Source: an uncultured Gemmatimonadaceae bacterium
Lineage (GTDB): Bacteria > Gemmatimonadota > Gemmatimonadetes > Gemmatimonadales > Gemmatimonadaceae
DNA length: 64,000 nucleotides
Reading direction: 5' to 3'
Assembly: GCA_963843845.1 (NCBI GenBank)
Contig: CAWJMB010000001.1
Location: 32,001-96,000, forward strand
Shown one piece after another: positions 10,400 to 20,611 of the stretch. Each line of letters starts with the position of its first letter. The stretch's first letter is position 1. The notes beneath the pieces were generated by a model, which saw only the letters and a program-made list of their open reading frames with translations, was not told where the DNA came from and searched no databases. Both the position numbers and the translations under genes were made by a program.

Positions 10400-11184
10400 G
10401 CGTTGGACCACCGGGCCGCGAGCACGAGGTACGTCGTCAGCTCGACGAGCTGGTTCGCCGCGCCGAGGCAGTCGCCGGTCATGCCGCCGAGCCGGCGACG
10501 GAAGTAGCGCGCGCCGATCGCCGTGACGACGCACGCGGCGCCAGCGACGGTCAGCGCGAGCGCGATGCCGAGGGGGGCGAGCGAGACACCGACGATGACG
10601 ACGGTGAGCGCCGAGCCGGCGGCGAGTCGCGCGCCGGTGACGCTCGCGGCGAACGGCCGGCTCTTCGCACCGTCCTCGCGGACGTACGGCAGCCGGTAGA
10701 TCAACGGAAGGCTCGACCAGCGGCCTAACGTGTGCGCGGCGACCAGCGCGCGCGTCGCGTCGCCGATCGCCGAGAGCGCGCCGACTTTCACGAGCAGGAC
10801 GAGGGCGAGACCGACCACGCCATACGAGCCGACGCGGCTGTCCTTCATGATCGCGAGCACCTGCGCCGGCTCCCACCCGCCGCCGAAGCCGTCGAGCGCG
10901 TCGGCGAGCGCGTCCTCGTGGAAGGCGCCGGTGAGGTAGACGGTCGCCGCCGTCGACAGCGCCGCGGCGACGAACGGGGTCCAGAGTGCGCCCGCCGCGA
11001 CGAGCGCACCCGCGCCGACGACGCCGACGAGGAGGCCGACGAGCGGGAAGTACGCGGTCGATCGGGCGAGCCACGCCGGATCGTACCCGAGCCACGTCGG
11101 CGCCGGGATGCGCGTCAGGAAGGTCATCGCGGTCAGGAGCACGCGCACTTCGTCGCGGAGGCGGGGCACGAGCGTCATCGTCAC
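10396..11184 (-). CDS. cobS: Adenosylcobinamide-GDP ribazoletransferase (cobalamin synthase)
   Basis: FLTRIP, TGAFHEDALADALDG, IMKDSRVGSYG, GGMTGDCLGA. Confidence 0.95.
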   Translation of the reverse strand: MTMTLVPRLRDEVRVLLTAMTFLTRIPAPTWLGYDPAWLARSTAYFPLVGLLVGVVGAGALVAAGALWTPFVAAALSTAATVYLTGAFHEDALADALDGFGGGWEPAQVLAIMKDSRVGSYGVVGLALVLLVKVGALSAIGDATRALVAAHTLGRWSSLPLIYRLPYVREDGAKSRPFAASVTGARLAAGSALTVVIVGVSLAPLGIALALTVAGAACVVTAIGARYFRRRLGGMTGDCLGAANQLVELTTYLVLAARWSNA

Positions 11185-12335
11185 GCGCGCGAGACGCCGG
11201 CGCTCTCGAACGTCGCCATGTCGCGCAGCACCGCCGCCGCCGCGCGGAGGATCGGCAGCGCGAGCGCCGCACCCGAGCCCTCGCCGAGGCGCATGTCGAG
11301 CGCGAGGAGCGGGCGCGCGTTCAGGGCGCGGATCGCGTGCGCGTGGCCGCGCTCCGCCGACTGGTGCGCGACGAACAGCGACGCGGCGACGTGTGGCGCG
11401 ATCCGCACGGCGGCGAGCGCAGCGACGGTCGAGATGAATCCGTCGGCGACGACGGCGATGCCGTGACGAGGTGCTTCGAGGACGGCGCCGACGATCGCGG
11501 CGAGCTCGAGCCCGCCTAACGACTCGAGCGCCCCGCGCGCCGCGAGCGCCGCGTCTGCGGACACGTCCCCGGACGCGTCACGTGCCGCGTCCCGTGCCGT
11601 GTGACGTGCCGTGTCCCGTGCCGTGTCCCGTGCCGTGTCACCCGACGCGCCGGCGAGGCCGGCGTGCCGGTCGAGGGCGCGCTGCACGACGGCCTGCTTG
11701 TGCACGAGGCGCGCGTCGTCGACGCCGGTGCCGCGCCCGACCGTCTCCGCGGGCGCGAGGCCGGTGAGCGCGGAGAGCAGCGCAGCCGCGGCCGTCGTGT
11801 TCCCGATCCCCATCTCGCCGAGGCCGATCGCGCGGAATCCGTCGGCCGCAGCGCGGCGGACGCTCGCGCGCCCGACGTCGAGCGCTGCCTCGCACTCGTC
11901 GGCACTCATGGCCGCCCCGACGCGGAGGTTGCGCGAGCCGCGCCGCACCCGCGCGTGGACGATGCGCGTCCCCGCGGCGGCCGCGAGGACGTCGAGCTCC
12001 TCGGCGATGTCGGCGTCGACGCCGACGTCGACGACCTCGACGTCGAGCCCGCCGGCGCGCGCGAGCACGCACACGGCCGCGCCACCGCGCGCGAAGTTGC
12101 GCATCATCTCGGCCGTGACCTGCGCCGGATACGCGCTCACGCCCTCAGCGGCGACGCCATGGTCGGCGGCGAACACGACGACGCGCGCGCGGCTCACGTC
12201 GGGCGCGAGCGTTCCCTGCAGCACCGCGAGCCGCACCGCGAGCGTCTCGAGGTAGCCGAGGGCACCGACCGGTTTCGTCTTCTCGTCGATCGCGGCCTGC
12301 GCGCGACGACGCAGCGCGTCGTTCGGGTCACTCAC
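11181..12335 (-). CDS. cobT: Nicotinate-nucleotide-dimethylbenzimidazole phosphoribosyltransferase
   Basis: KTKPVGALGYLE, FAADHGV, GEMGIGNTT, GRGTG, DGFIS, MRLGEGSGA. Confidence 0.95.
   Translation of the reverse strand: MSDPNDALRRRAQAAIDEKTKPVGALGYLETLAVRLAVLQGTLAPDVSRARVVVFAADHGVAAEGVSAYPAQVTAEMMRNFARGGAAVCVLARAGGLDVEVVDVGVDADIAEELDVLAAAAGTRIVHARVRRGSRNLRVGAAMSADECEAALDVGRASVRRAAADGFRAIGLGEMGIGNTTAAAALLSALTGLAPAETVGRGTGVDDARLVHKQAVVQRALDRHAGLAGASGDTARDTARDTARHTARDAARDASGDVSADAALAARGALESLGGLELAAIVGAVLEAPRHGIAVVADGFISTVAALAAVRIAPHVAASLFVAHQSAERGHAHAIRALNARPLLALDMRLGEGSGAALALPILRAAAAVLRDMATFESAGVSRA
11562..11645. repeat. Imperfect 12-bp tandem repeat inside cobT (GTGTCCCGTGCC-like)
   Basis: Encodes GDTARDTARDTARHTARDAARDASGD. 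Confidence 0.85.
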
Positions 12336-12922
12336 GCGGCGGCCTCGTACGGGCGCGGCGCACAGTCGAGCGCGACGACCGCGCCGTTCTCCTGCGCGAT
12401 CGACCAGAACGCACTCGGCGGGAGACGACGCTCGTGCAGCAGGATGACGCGATTCACGTGGCCGTGCGCGGCGACGAGCACGGTCTCGCCGCGGTGCGCA
12501 GCGACGAGGCGCGCCCACACGGGCAGCACACGCGCCGCGACCGCCGCGAGCGACTCTCCGTCCGGGAACGCCACGCCCCACGGGTCGTCGCTCCACCGCG
12601 CGTCGAGCGACGGGAAGGCGGCGCGCCGCGCGTCGGGATGCAGCGCCTCGCACCGGCCGTACGACAGCTCGCGCAGCTCGGGGACGACCGCCGCACGGAC
12701 CCCGCGCCCGCCGAGGATCAGGCGCGCCGTCTCGCGCGCGCGGGCGAGCGGCGAGGTGTACGCCGCATCGATCGGCGTGCCGGCGAGCGTGTCGCGGAGC
12801 GCCTCCGCCTGCGCGCGGCCATGCTCGGAGAGCGGGACGTCCCGCCCCCCCTGATAGATGCCGCACGCGTTCCACGCCGTCTCGCCGTGGCGCACGAGCA
12901 GCACTCGTGTCGGCTGCGTCAC
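12332..12922 (-). CDS. Histidine phosphatase family protein (second copy in the operon)
   Basis: [42 protein letters not shown]. Confidence 0.9.
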   Translation of the reverse strand: MTQPTRVLLVRHGETAWNACGIYQGGRDVPLSEHGRAQAEALRDTLAGTPIDAAYTSPLARARETARLILGGRGVRAAVVPELRELSYGRCEALHPDARRAAFPSLDARWSDDPWGVAFPDGESLAAVAARVLPVWARLVAAHRGETVLVAAHGHVNRVILLHERRLPPSAFWSIAQENGAVVALDCAPRPYEAAA

Positions 12923-13547
12923 AGCTCGATCCCCGGCTGCGCGCCGATCCCCTGCTCGCGATAGGGATGCTTCACGAGCCGCATCTCGGTCACGAGGTCG
13001 GCGGCGGCGATCAGCGCGTCCGGGGCATCGCGCCCGGTGACGACGACGTGCGTGCCGATGGGGCGAGCCCTGATCGCGTCGATCACCATCGTCGTGTCGA
13101 GCCAGCCATAGGTCAACGCGTAGGTCAGCTCGTCGAGGATCAGCACGTCGTACTCGCCGCCGGCGAGCGCGGCGCGGCACCGCTCCCATCCTGCCTCGGC
13201 GAGCGCGCGGTCCGCGCCGATGTCGTCCGAGAGCCAGGTGAAGCCGTCGCCGAGCGGAATGATCTCGACGCCGAGCCGTGCGGCGGCTCGGTGCTCGCCG
13301 TACGGGTTCGCGGCGCTCTTGATGAACTGGAACATGCCGACGCGCATCTCGCGGCCGGCCGCGCGCAGCAGGATGCCCAACGCGGCCGTCGTCTTTCCCT
13401 TGCCGTGGCCCGTGTTGACGATGAGCAGCCCGTGGCGGCGCTCGCGCGGCGGGACGCGGTAGGGGCCGGGCTGCTTCTTCTTCGGCCGGGGCGGGCGGCG
13501 GCCGCTCGGTGCGGGGAGCGCGTCGGGGCGGCGGTCGGATCGGTCAT
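12919..13547 (-). CDS. cobO: Cob(I)yrinic acid a,c-diamide adenosyltransferase (frameshift near N-terminus, about 13490-13530)
   Basis: [52 protein letters not shown]. Confidence 0.92.
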
Positions 13548-13603
13548 GGTGAGTCGCTCGTCAGTCGTTGGGCGCGGTGCGTCGCGTGTGAAGACATCGC
13601 CGG

Positions 13604-14302
13604 TCATCCATGCTCCCGAGGGTTCACCCACGTCGACCACGTCGACAGGTCGCCGCGGCGGTCGCGCAGCGCGCTCGTCCTGGTCTCCACTCCCGCGCGC
13701 TGCTCGCCGTCCGCCGTCGTGACGAAGATGGCGGCGAGCAGCATCTCGCCCTCCGGGATGCCGAGATACGCGACGCTCTCCGCGGCGCGGAACGGCACGC
13801 CGGTCGCCCAGAACGTGTGCAGTCCGTGCGCCGTGGCCGAGAGGAGCATCGTCTGCACGGCTGCCGACGCCGCCGCGATGTGCTCCATGTTCTCACGCGT
13901 CCCCTCGAACGGCGGGGCGTTCGCCGTCGCGCCGGGCGTCGCCGACGTCGGTGGATCGGGAAGCCACGTGACGAGCACGAGCGCCGAGCAGGCGGCGAGG
14001 AGACGCGGCATCGTGCCGGCGTCCTCGCGCTGGAGCAGCCACGCACGGAAGCGCCGGCACGCCGCGACGTCGAGCAGATAGCAGCGCCACGGCACGATCG
14101 ACGGCCGCGCGCTCCCGTCGCGATGCGCGCGCGCCGCGGGCAGGTGGAAGGGCGCCCACGCCGCGCTCGCGACGACGCGCTCGATCAGCGCGCGGTCGGT
14201 CGCGACGTCGAGCGGCTCGTCGGCGAGCACCTTGCGCGTGTGGCGCTCGCGGACGACCTCGGCGACGATCGCGGCGCGGTCGACGGGCGAACGATTCGTC
14301 AT
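13604..14302 (-). CDS. Nitroreductase family protein (not a canonical BluB)
   Basis: RERHTRK, AAWAPFH, PWRCY, MEHIAAASAAVQTMLLSATAHGLHTFWATG. Confidence 0.8.
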   Translation of the reverse strand: MTNRSPVDRAAIVAEVVRERHTRKVLADEPLDVATDRALIERVVASAAWAPFHLPAARAHRDGSARPSIVPWRCYLLDVAACRRFRAWLLQREDAGTMPRLLAACSALVLVTWLPDPPTSATPGATANAPPFEGTRENMEHIAAASAAVQTMLLSATAHGLHTFWATGVPFRAAESVAYLGIPEGEMLLAAIFVTTADGEQRAGVETRTSALRDRRGDLSTWSTWVNPREHG

Positions 14303-15399
14303 GGCGGACCCCGGTGCGTGTCCTGGATGGCGGCGACGAGGAGTCGGTTCTCGTCGGGGGTGCGCGCCGCGACGCGCACGTGCGACGGCAGGCCGAACGA
14401 CGTGCAGTCGCGAACCTTGAGCGCGTGTCGCTCGCGGACCGCGCGCGCGAACGAGGCCGCGTCGCCGACGTCGAGCAGGAGGTAGTGCGTGTCCGACGGC
14501 ACCGACGTGACGCCGAGCGCCGTCGCGGCGGCGTGGATCTCCGCGGCCGCGGCGCGGAGGCGGGCGGTCGTCGCGCGCACGTGCTCGGCGGCGGCGGGGT
14601 CGCACGTCGCGATCGCCGCCGTCTGCGCGAGGGCCGACGTCGCCCACGGCATCCGCGCCCGCTCGACGGCGGCGACGAGCGACGCGGCGCCGACCAGATG
14701 CCCCACGCGGAGGCCGGCGAGCGCGTGGTCCTTGGTGAGCGAGCGCAGGGACAGCGTGCGCGGCGAGTCGCGCAGCGCCGGGGTGCCTAACGGTGCGGCG
14801 GTGAAGGCATCGAACGACTGGTCGACGACGAGGACGCTCCCCGCCCGCGCACACGCGCGCTCGACACGCTCGATCGCCTCGCGCGGCCATGCGCGGCCGC
14901 GCGGACTCTCCGGCGTGCAGAGCCAGACGAGGCGCGGCGCTCGCGCGGCGACGGCGGCGGCGACGGCACCGGCGAGCGCGCCCGGTGGCGCGTCGAGCGC
15001 CGCGCCGCACGGCAGGCCGACCGGCACGACGGTCGCTCGACACAGCCGCGCCGCCCGCTCGTACTCGGCGAACGCGAAGGGCGGGACGAGGACGACGTCG
15101 CCCGGCGCGACGCAGGCGAGCGTGATCGCGAGGATCAGCTCGGTCGCGCCGGCGCCGACGACCACGTTCGATCGGTCGACGCCGAGCACGTCGGCGACGG
15201 CGGCGCACGCGGCGGACGACGACGGATCGGGGTACGCCGCGATCGCGACCGGCGTGAGCGCGCGCGCGATCGCATCGCGCACCGACGGTGCCGGGCCGTA
15301 CGCGTTCACCGACGTGCTGAAGTCGGCGCGCACCGGCGCGCGATGCGCGTCGTCCGGCGACGGACCGCCGTGTGCGGCGATCGTGTGGGCGGCGGTCAC
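14299..15399 (-). CDS. cobD: L-threonine-O-3-phosphate decarboxylase-like PLP enzyme
   Basis: HGG, DFSTSVNAYGP, YPDP, GAGATELI, DQSF, RSLTKDHALAGLRVG, VRDCTSFGL. Confidence 0.85.
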   Translation of the reverse strand: MTAAHTIAAHGGPSPDDAHRAPVRADFSTSVNAYGPAPSVRDAIARALTPVAIAAYPDPSSSAACAAVADVLGVDRSNVVVGAGATELILAITLACVAPGDVVLVPPFAFAEYERAARLCRATVVPVGLPCGAALDAPPGALAGAVAAAVAARAPRLVWLCTPESPRGRAWPREAIERVERACARAGSVLVVDQSFDAFTAAPLGTPALRDSPRTLSLRSLTKDHALAGLRVGHLVGAASLVAAVERARMPWATSALAQTAAIATCDPAAAEHVRATTARLRAAAAEIHAAATALGVTSVPSDTHYLLLDVGDAASFARAVRERHALKVRDCTSFGLPSHVRVAARTPDENRLLVAAIQDTHRGPP

Positions 15400-16376
15400 G
15401 CGGGGCGCCCACGGGGCGCGCCGCGCCGCGCCCGCACGCTCGCCGCTCCGGCGAGACAGGCGACGGCCAGCCCCGACGCGGCCATGACGACACCGCGCGC
15501 GTTCGCGAGATCGCGTACCGTCGGCGCCCGTCCGGATTCGTGCAGCACGTACACCGGTTCGGCGCCGCGCGACGCGCGCTTGTCGAGCCGCACGCCGAGC
15601 GCGCCGGCCATCGCGGCCATCGGCCATCCGGCGTTCGGGCTCGGCGTGCGGCGCGCGTCGGCGAGTGCGACACGTCGTGCGGCGCGCGCCGAGCCGCCGG
15701 CCGCGGGCGCGGCGAGTGCGATGCAGGCGGCCGCCAGGCGGGCCGGCACGAGGTTCATGGCATCGTCCAGGCGCGCCGCCGACTTGCCGAACCATTCGAG
15801 CTCCGGCGTGCGGTAGCCGAGCATGGCGTCGGCCGTGTTGACGAAGCGATACGCGTACGCGGCCGGCAGTCCGCCGACCGCGTACCACACCAGCGGCGCG
15901 ACGAGCCCGTCGCTCAGGTTCTCGGCGAGCGACTCGATCGCGGCGCCGGCGACCTCGGACGACGTGAGGGTGGACGTGTCGCGCGATACCAGGTGCCAGG
16001 CGAGCAGACGCCGCGCCTCGGGCACGTCGCCGCGACGCAGTGCGCGCTCGACGTCGAGCGCCGCGCCGAGCAGCGCGCGCAGACTGAGCGCCGGCTTGAG
16101 CAGCGATCCGCCGAGCGCCGCGCGCGCGCGCGCGCCGCGGCGCGACGCGCCGGCGTCGGCGGCGCGCGCGACGAGTGCGACGCCGGCGACCCCGGTGCCT
16201 AACGCGAGGGCGCCGGCCACGAGCGACGCCGCGGGCGGGCGCGGCCGACGCGCGTGTCGGCGGCGCGCGCCGCCGATCGCCGTACCCATCCACCCGGTCG
16301 GATGGAGCGCGGTCGGCGGCTCGCCGAACAGCACGTCGACGGCGACGGCGGCCAGCATCGTCACGGCGGGAGACAC
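15396..16376 (-). CDS. cbiB: Adenosylcobinamide-phosphate synthase
   Basis: GEPP..LHP, VSRDT, IESLAENLSDG.VAP, YRFVNTADAMLGY, SPNAGWPMAAMAGAL. Confidence 0.95.
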   Translation of the reverse strand: MSPAVTMLAAVAVDVLFGEPPTALHPTGWMGTAIGGARRRHARRPRPPAASLVAGALALGTGVAGVALVARAADAGASRRGARARAALGGSLLKPALSLRALLGAALDVERALRRGDVPEARRLLAWHLVSRDTSTLTSSEVAGAAIESLAENLSDGLVAPLVWYAVGGLPAAYAYRFVNTADAMLGYRTPELEWFGKSAARLDDAMNLVPARLAAACIALAAPAAGGSARAARRVALADARRTPSPNAGWPMAAMAGALGVRLDKRASRGAEPVYVLHESGRAPTVRDLANARGVVMAASGLAVACLAGAASVRARRGAPRGRPA

Positions 16377-16397
16377 GTCGGCGCGGCGGCGGCCGGC

Positions 16398-18719
16398 TCA
16401 GAAATCCGCGGAGACGCGCAGACGGATCGTGCGCCCCGGCAGGTTGTAGCCCCGCTTCTCGTAGTAGTTCTCGTCGGTGAGGTTCGAGACGATCCCCTCC
16501 AGGCGATAGTGGCCGCGCACGCGAACGCCGAGCGAGAGGTCGGCCACGACGAACGGCGCATACTCGACATCGCCCGGGTCGGCCGGGTCGGTGAAGTCGC
16601 TGTCGAGGCGGTTGCCGACGTAGCGCGCGCCGAGCCGGCCGGTGACGCGCCGCGAGTCGTCGAAGTCGACGCCGGCCGTGCCCGTGAAGGCCGCGACGTT
16701 CCTGATGCGCAGCCGGGTCGAGGCGGCGTCGTTCAGCCGGATGCGGTCGACGAGCACGCGCGTGTCGAGCCGCTGCGCCGCGGCGATCCCCGCCGTGTCG
16801 ACGGTGATCCCGGGGGTGCGCTCGCGCGCCTCGAACAGCCGCGTCGCGTTCGCGAAGATGCCGAGCGAGAAGCGCCGGCCCGTCGCGCGCCCCACGTCGT
16901 AGCGCGTGTCGAGCTCGAGGCCGCGGATGTGCGCCTCGCCCGCGTTGGCCGACGTGGTGATGCTGCTGATCTGCTGACCGGCGGCCGTCGTCGGACGGCG
17001 CCCCGCGGCGAACGTCGCGCGCGCCGAGGTGATGCGGTCCGTGACGTTCGTCGCGAAGTACGTCGCGTCGAGCGAGAGCGTGCGAGCCGGCGAGAGATAG
17101 CCGACGCCGCCGTCGATCGTGACCGAATGCTCGGGGCGCAGCGTCGGATTCCCGGTCGTGATCGACGCGACCCCGTTCGCCACGCTCGTCGAGAATCCGG
17201 CGAGGTTCGACGCGCTCGGGTTGAGGAACGCGCGACCGGCGGTCGCGTGCGCCCGCACGCCGCGGCCGGCGTCCACCCGCACGCCGGCGTTCGGGTTGAA
17301 CACGGTGAAGCGGTCGACGCCCGGCGTGACGTCGGGACGGAAGGCCGTCTCGCGCAGCGCGAGCGCGACGCGATCGAGCCGTGCCCCGACGACGCCCGTG
17401 ACTCGGCCGCCGAGGGCGCTGAGCTGCGCCTGCGCGAAGCCGGCGGCCGACGACTGGCGCGAGTTCGGGCTGAACGTGCCGATCTCGCCGATCGTCGCGG
17501 TCGTGCCCGTGCCGGTCGCGCCGCCGGTGCGCGCGAAGCGCTGCGTGTACTCGTCGATCTCGACGCCGTCGACACCGACCGTGATCGCCTGCGCGCCGAC
17601 GCGGAGCACGTCCTGCAGCTGGAACCCGGACGTCCGCTGGCGGCTCGCGAAGTTCACGTAGCCTGCGTCGCCCGGCTGGTCGAAGTTCTCGCTCCGCTCG
17701 CGCGCCCGGTAGACGCGCGCGAGCGGCGTGTGCCCGGCGCCCCCCGTCATCAGCGGCACGTCCCGGCGCAGCGCCAGCTCGTCGGTGCTGCGGTCGACGT
17801 TCTTGCGCGCGTTGCCGGGCGAGTTCGAGAGGCGCGCGTAGACGTCGCCCGGCGACAGCACGTCGTCGGCGGCGAACCGATCGCCGCGGACGTCGACGCG
17901 GATCGCCCCGGGGAGCGTCGCGCCGAGCCGCGCGGTGCCGCTCGCCGATGTGAACGTGGTGTAGTCGCGCACGACGCCGTCGCCCAGCGTGTCCGCGATC
18001 TCGCGCGCCGGGCGCGCCGTGCCCGTGTAGACCTTCGTCGCCCGGTCGCCGCCGAGCACGTCGCGAAAGATCCCGCCGCGGCCGACGCGGTAGTTGTCGC
18101 CCTGCTCGTACCGGCGCGCCGTGACGTCGCCGTCGACCGCCGAGCGCCCGACGCGGCCGAGCGTCCCGCCGGCGCGCAGCGCGAGCTCGCTCGTCTGGAA
18201 GCTGCCGTACGTGGCCGACGCGGTCCCCGTGGGGCGCCCGGTCGTGCGACGGGTGATGAGATTCACCACACCGCCGACCGCGCTCGATCCGTAGAGCGCC
18301 GAGGCGGGCCCCTTCAGCACCTCGATCCGCTCGATCGCGTTCACGTCGATGAGCGCGAGGTTGTACGACCCTGCGGGACGCCCGTCGATGAGGATGAGCG
18401 TGCGCGTCTGCGTGCTGGTCGACGGCCGGAAGCCGCGCACGCCGACGGAGCCGAGGAGACTCGGGTACTGGATGACGTCGACGCCGGCGAGCTTCTTGAG
18501 GGCGTCGACCGCGTCGTTCACCGGCGTGCGGTCGATGTCCGCGCGCGTGATCGTGGTGACGCGCTGGGGCAGGACGTCGGCGCGGGCGGGTGCGCGCGTC
18601 GCCGTCGTGACGACGGGGGCGATGCGTCGGGCGAGGCTGTCGGCGGGCGGCTGCGCGACGAGTGGGGTCGCGACTGCGAGGGCTGCCGCCACGACGGCGC
18701 GCACGTGAGAACGGTTCAT
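16398..18719 (-). CDS. btuB: TonB-dependent receptor, BtuB-like (corrinoid uptake)
   Basis: Signal peptide, VVTTATR, LILIDGRP, IERIEVLKGPASALYGSSAVGGVVNLIT, NPTLRPE, C-terminal Phe; in B12-riboswitch operon. Confidence 0.85.
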   Translation of the reverse strand: MNRSHVRAVVAAALAVATPLVAQPPADSLARRIAPVVTTATRAPARADVLPQRVTTITRADIDRTPVNDAVDALKKLAGVDVIQYPSLLGSVGVRGFRPSTSTQTRTLILIDGRPAGSYNLALIDVNAIERIEVLKGPASALYGSSAVGGVVNLITRRTTGRPTGTASATYGSFQTSELALRAGGTLGRVGRSAVDGDVTARRYEQGDNYRVGRGGIFRDVLGGDRATKVYTGTARPAREIADTLGDGVVRDYTTFTSASGTARLGATLPGAIRVDVRGDRFAADDVLSPGDVYARLSNSPGNARKNVDRSTDELALRRDVPLMTGGAGHTPLARVYRARERSENFDQPGDAGYVNFASRQRTSGFQLQDVLRVGAQAITVGVDGVEIDEYTQRFARTGGATGTGTTATIGEIGTFSPNSRQSSAAGFAQAQLSALGGRVTGVVGARLDRVALALRETAFRPDVTPGVDRFTVFNPNAGVRVDAGRGVRAHATAGRAFLNPSASNLAGFSTSVANGVASITTGNPTLRPEHSVTIDGGVGYLSPARTLSLDATYFATNVTDRITSARATFAAGRRPTTAAGQQISSITTSANAGEAHIRGLELDTRYDVGRATGRRFSLGIFANATRLFEARERTPGITVDTAGIAAAQRLDTRVLVDRIRLNDAASTRLRIRNVAAFTGTAGVDFDDSRRVTGRLGARYVGNRLDSDFTDPADPGDVEYAPFVVADLSLGVRVRGHYRLEGIVSNLTDENYYEKRGYNLPGRTIRLRVSADF

Positions 18720-19588
18720 CTGCGAGACAGGGTATGAGGCGCGGTGCTCGGCGCCCGATCGGTCGGATCGAGGGGGACGACCTGCGGCACGCCGGCGGCG
18801 CGTCCCCCGCCGGCGTACGGCGAGATGGCGACGGGCCACCGGTACACGCGCGACACCGTGTCGCCCGAGAGGACTTCGGCCGGCGTGCCGTCGGCGACGA
18901 CGTGTCCCTCGTGCAGCAGCACGAGGTGGTCGGCGAAGCGGGCGGCGAGGTCGAGATGGTGCGTGACCAGCAGCACGGTCGTGCCGCCGTCGGCGAGCGC
19001 GCGCATGAGGCCGAAGAAGCTCATCTCGTGCGCGAGATCGAGCGCCGCGGTCGGCTCGTCGAGGGCGAGCGCCGCGTCGGGGGCGGTGCGCTCGCCGTCG
19101 AGCATGATCTGGGCGAGCGCGCGGGCGAGCCGCGCGCGCTGCCGCTCGCCGCCGCTCAGCGTGCTCACCGCGCGGTCGGCGAACTCGGTCACCCCGCAGC
19201 GCGCCATCGCCGCGTCGACGGCCGCGACGTCCGCGCCGCGCGCGCGCTGCCACGGCCCGAGGTGCGGGTAGCGCCCCATGTCGACGAGCGCGCGCACGGT
19301 GAGCGGGAAGGTGAACTGCTCGCCCTGCGGCACGACGCCGACGGCGCGCGCGAGCTCCCCGCGCGACCACCCCTCGACGGGGCGCCCGCGCAGCGTGGCG
19401 ACGCCGGCGGCCGGACGCAGGGTGCCCAGCAGCAGCGACAGCAGCGTCGACTTCCCCGCGCCGTTCGGGCCGAGCAGCGCCGTGAGCTTGCCGGCCGGGA
19501 CGTCGAGCGACACGCCGTCGACCGCGGGGCGCGCGGCGCCATCGTGCCGGTAGCGAACGTCGCGCACGGCCCACGCGGCGGCGGTCAT
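18716..19588 (-). CDS. ABC transporter ATP-binding protein (BtuD/HmuV-like)
   Basis: GPNGAGKS, MGRYPH, LSGGERQR, LDEPTAALD, VTHHLDLA. Confidence 0.92.
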   Translation of the reverse strand: MTAAAWAVRDVRYRHDGAARPAVDGVSLDVPAGKLTALLGPNGAGKSTLLSLLLGTLRPAAGVATLRGRPVEGWSRGELARAVGVVPQGEQFTFPLTVRALVDMGRYPHLGPWQRARGADVAAVDAAMARCGVTEFADRAVSTLSGGERQRARLARALAQIMLDGERTAPDAALALDEPTAALDLAHEMSFFGLMRALADGGTTVLLVTHHLDLAARFADHLVLLHEGHVVADGTPAEVLSGDTVSRVYRWPVAISPYAGGGRAAGVPQVVPLDPTDRAPSTAPHTLSRR

Positions 19589-20611
19589 GCCGCGGCCGGG
19601 CGCCGCAGCAGCCAGACGAAGAACGGCACGCCGACGAACGCCGTGACGACGCCGATCGGCAGCTCGGTCGCGCCGGCCACGGTGCGCGGCGAGCGTGTCG
19701 GCGCCCACCAGGAACGCCGCGCCGAGCAGCGCGGCGCAGGGAATCAGCGCGCGGTTGTCGTTCCCCCAGAGCATGCGCACGACGTGCGGCACCACGAGCC
19801 CGACGAAGCCGATCGAGCCGCTGACCGAGACCGACGCCGCCGTGAGCAGCGTCGCCGTGCCGAAGGCGAGCCGCTTCGTCCGCTCGACCGACGTGCCGAG
19901 GTACGCCGCCGTCGGCTCGCCGATCGCGAGCAGGTTGAGCGGCCGGCCGAGCGCGAGCAGCACGACGAGCGCGGGAACGAGGCAGGCGCCGGACATCGCG
20001 ACGCTGCGCCAGGTGGCGCCCGCATGGCTCCCCATCATCCAGAAGATCGCCGAGCGCACCGCTTCGATGTCGGCGAAGGTGAGGATGAGCCAGATCACCG
20101 CGACGAGAAAGCTGCTGACGACGACGCCGGCGAGGAGCAGGACGCGCGTGTCGAGCGCGCGGCCGACGCCGAGCGCGATGCGCAGCACGAGCAGCATGGA
20201 GAGGATGGCGCCGGCGAACGCGAACGTCGGCAGCGCCCAGATCGTCGTCGCCGACAGCCCCGTCACGACGGCGATCACCGCGCCGACCGACGCGCCGCTC
20301 GAGATCCCGAGCACGTACGGCTCGGCGAGCGGGTTGCGCAGCAGCGCCTGGAAGGTCGCGCCGCTCACGGCGAGCGCGGCGCCGACGAGCGCCGCCTGCA
20401 GCGCCCGCGGCAGCCGCAGCTCGCGCACGATCGTCGCGTGCATCGGCGTGCCCCGGCCGGCGATCGCCCCGAGCACCTCGCCGGTCGAGAGGGGCACCGC
20501 GCCGAGTCGGATCGCGGCGACGAGGGTGACCGCGAGCACGACCGCGAGCGCCGCGAGTCGCACCCCGAGCGGCCAGCCGCCGGCGGGGGTCGACGAGGCA
20601 GGCTCCGTCAC
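19585..20611 (-). CDS. FecCD/BtuC-type permease (frameshift near 19680-19695)
   Basis: LRLPRAL, FQALLRNPLAEPYVLGISSGA, GSIGFVGLVVPH, then LPIGVVTAFVGVPFF in the next frame. Confidence 0.9.

Noticed and set aside
13604..14302. Calling the nitroreductase bluB
   Set aside because: BluB signature motifs are not recognisable.
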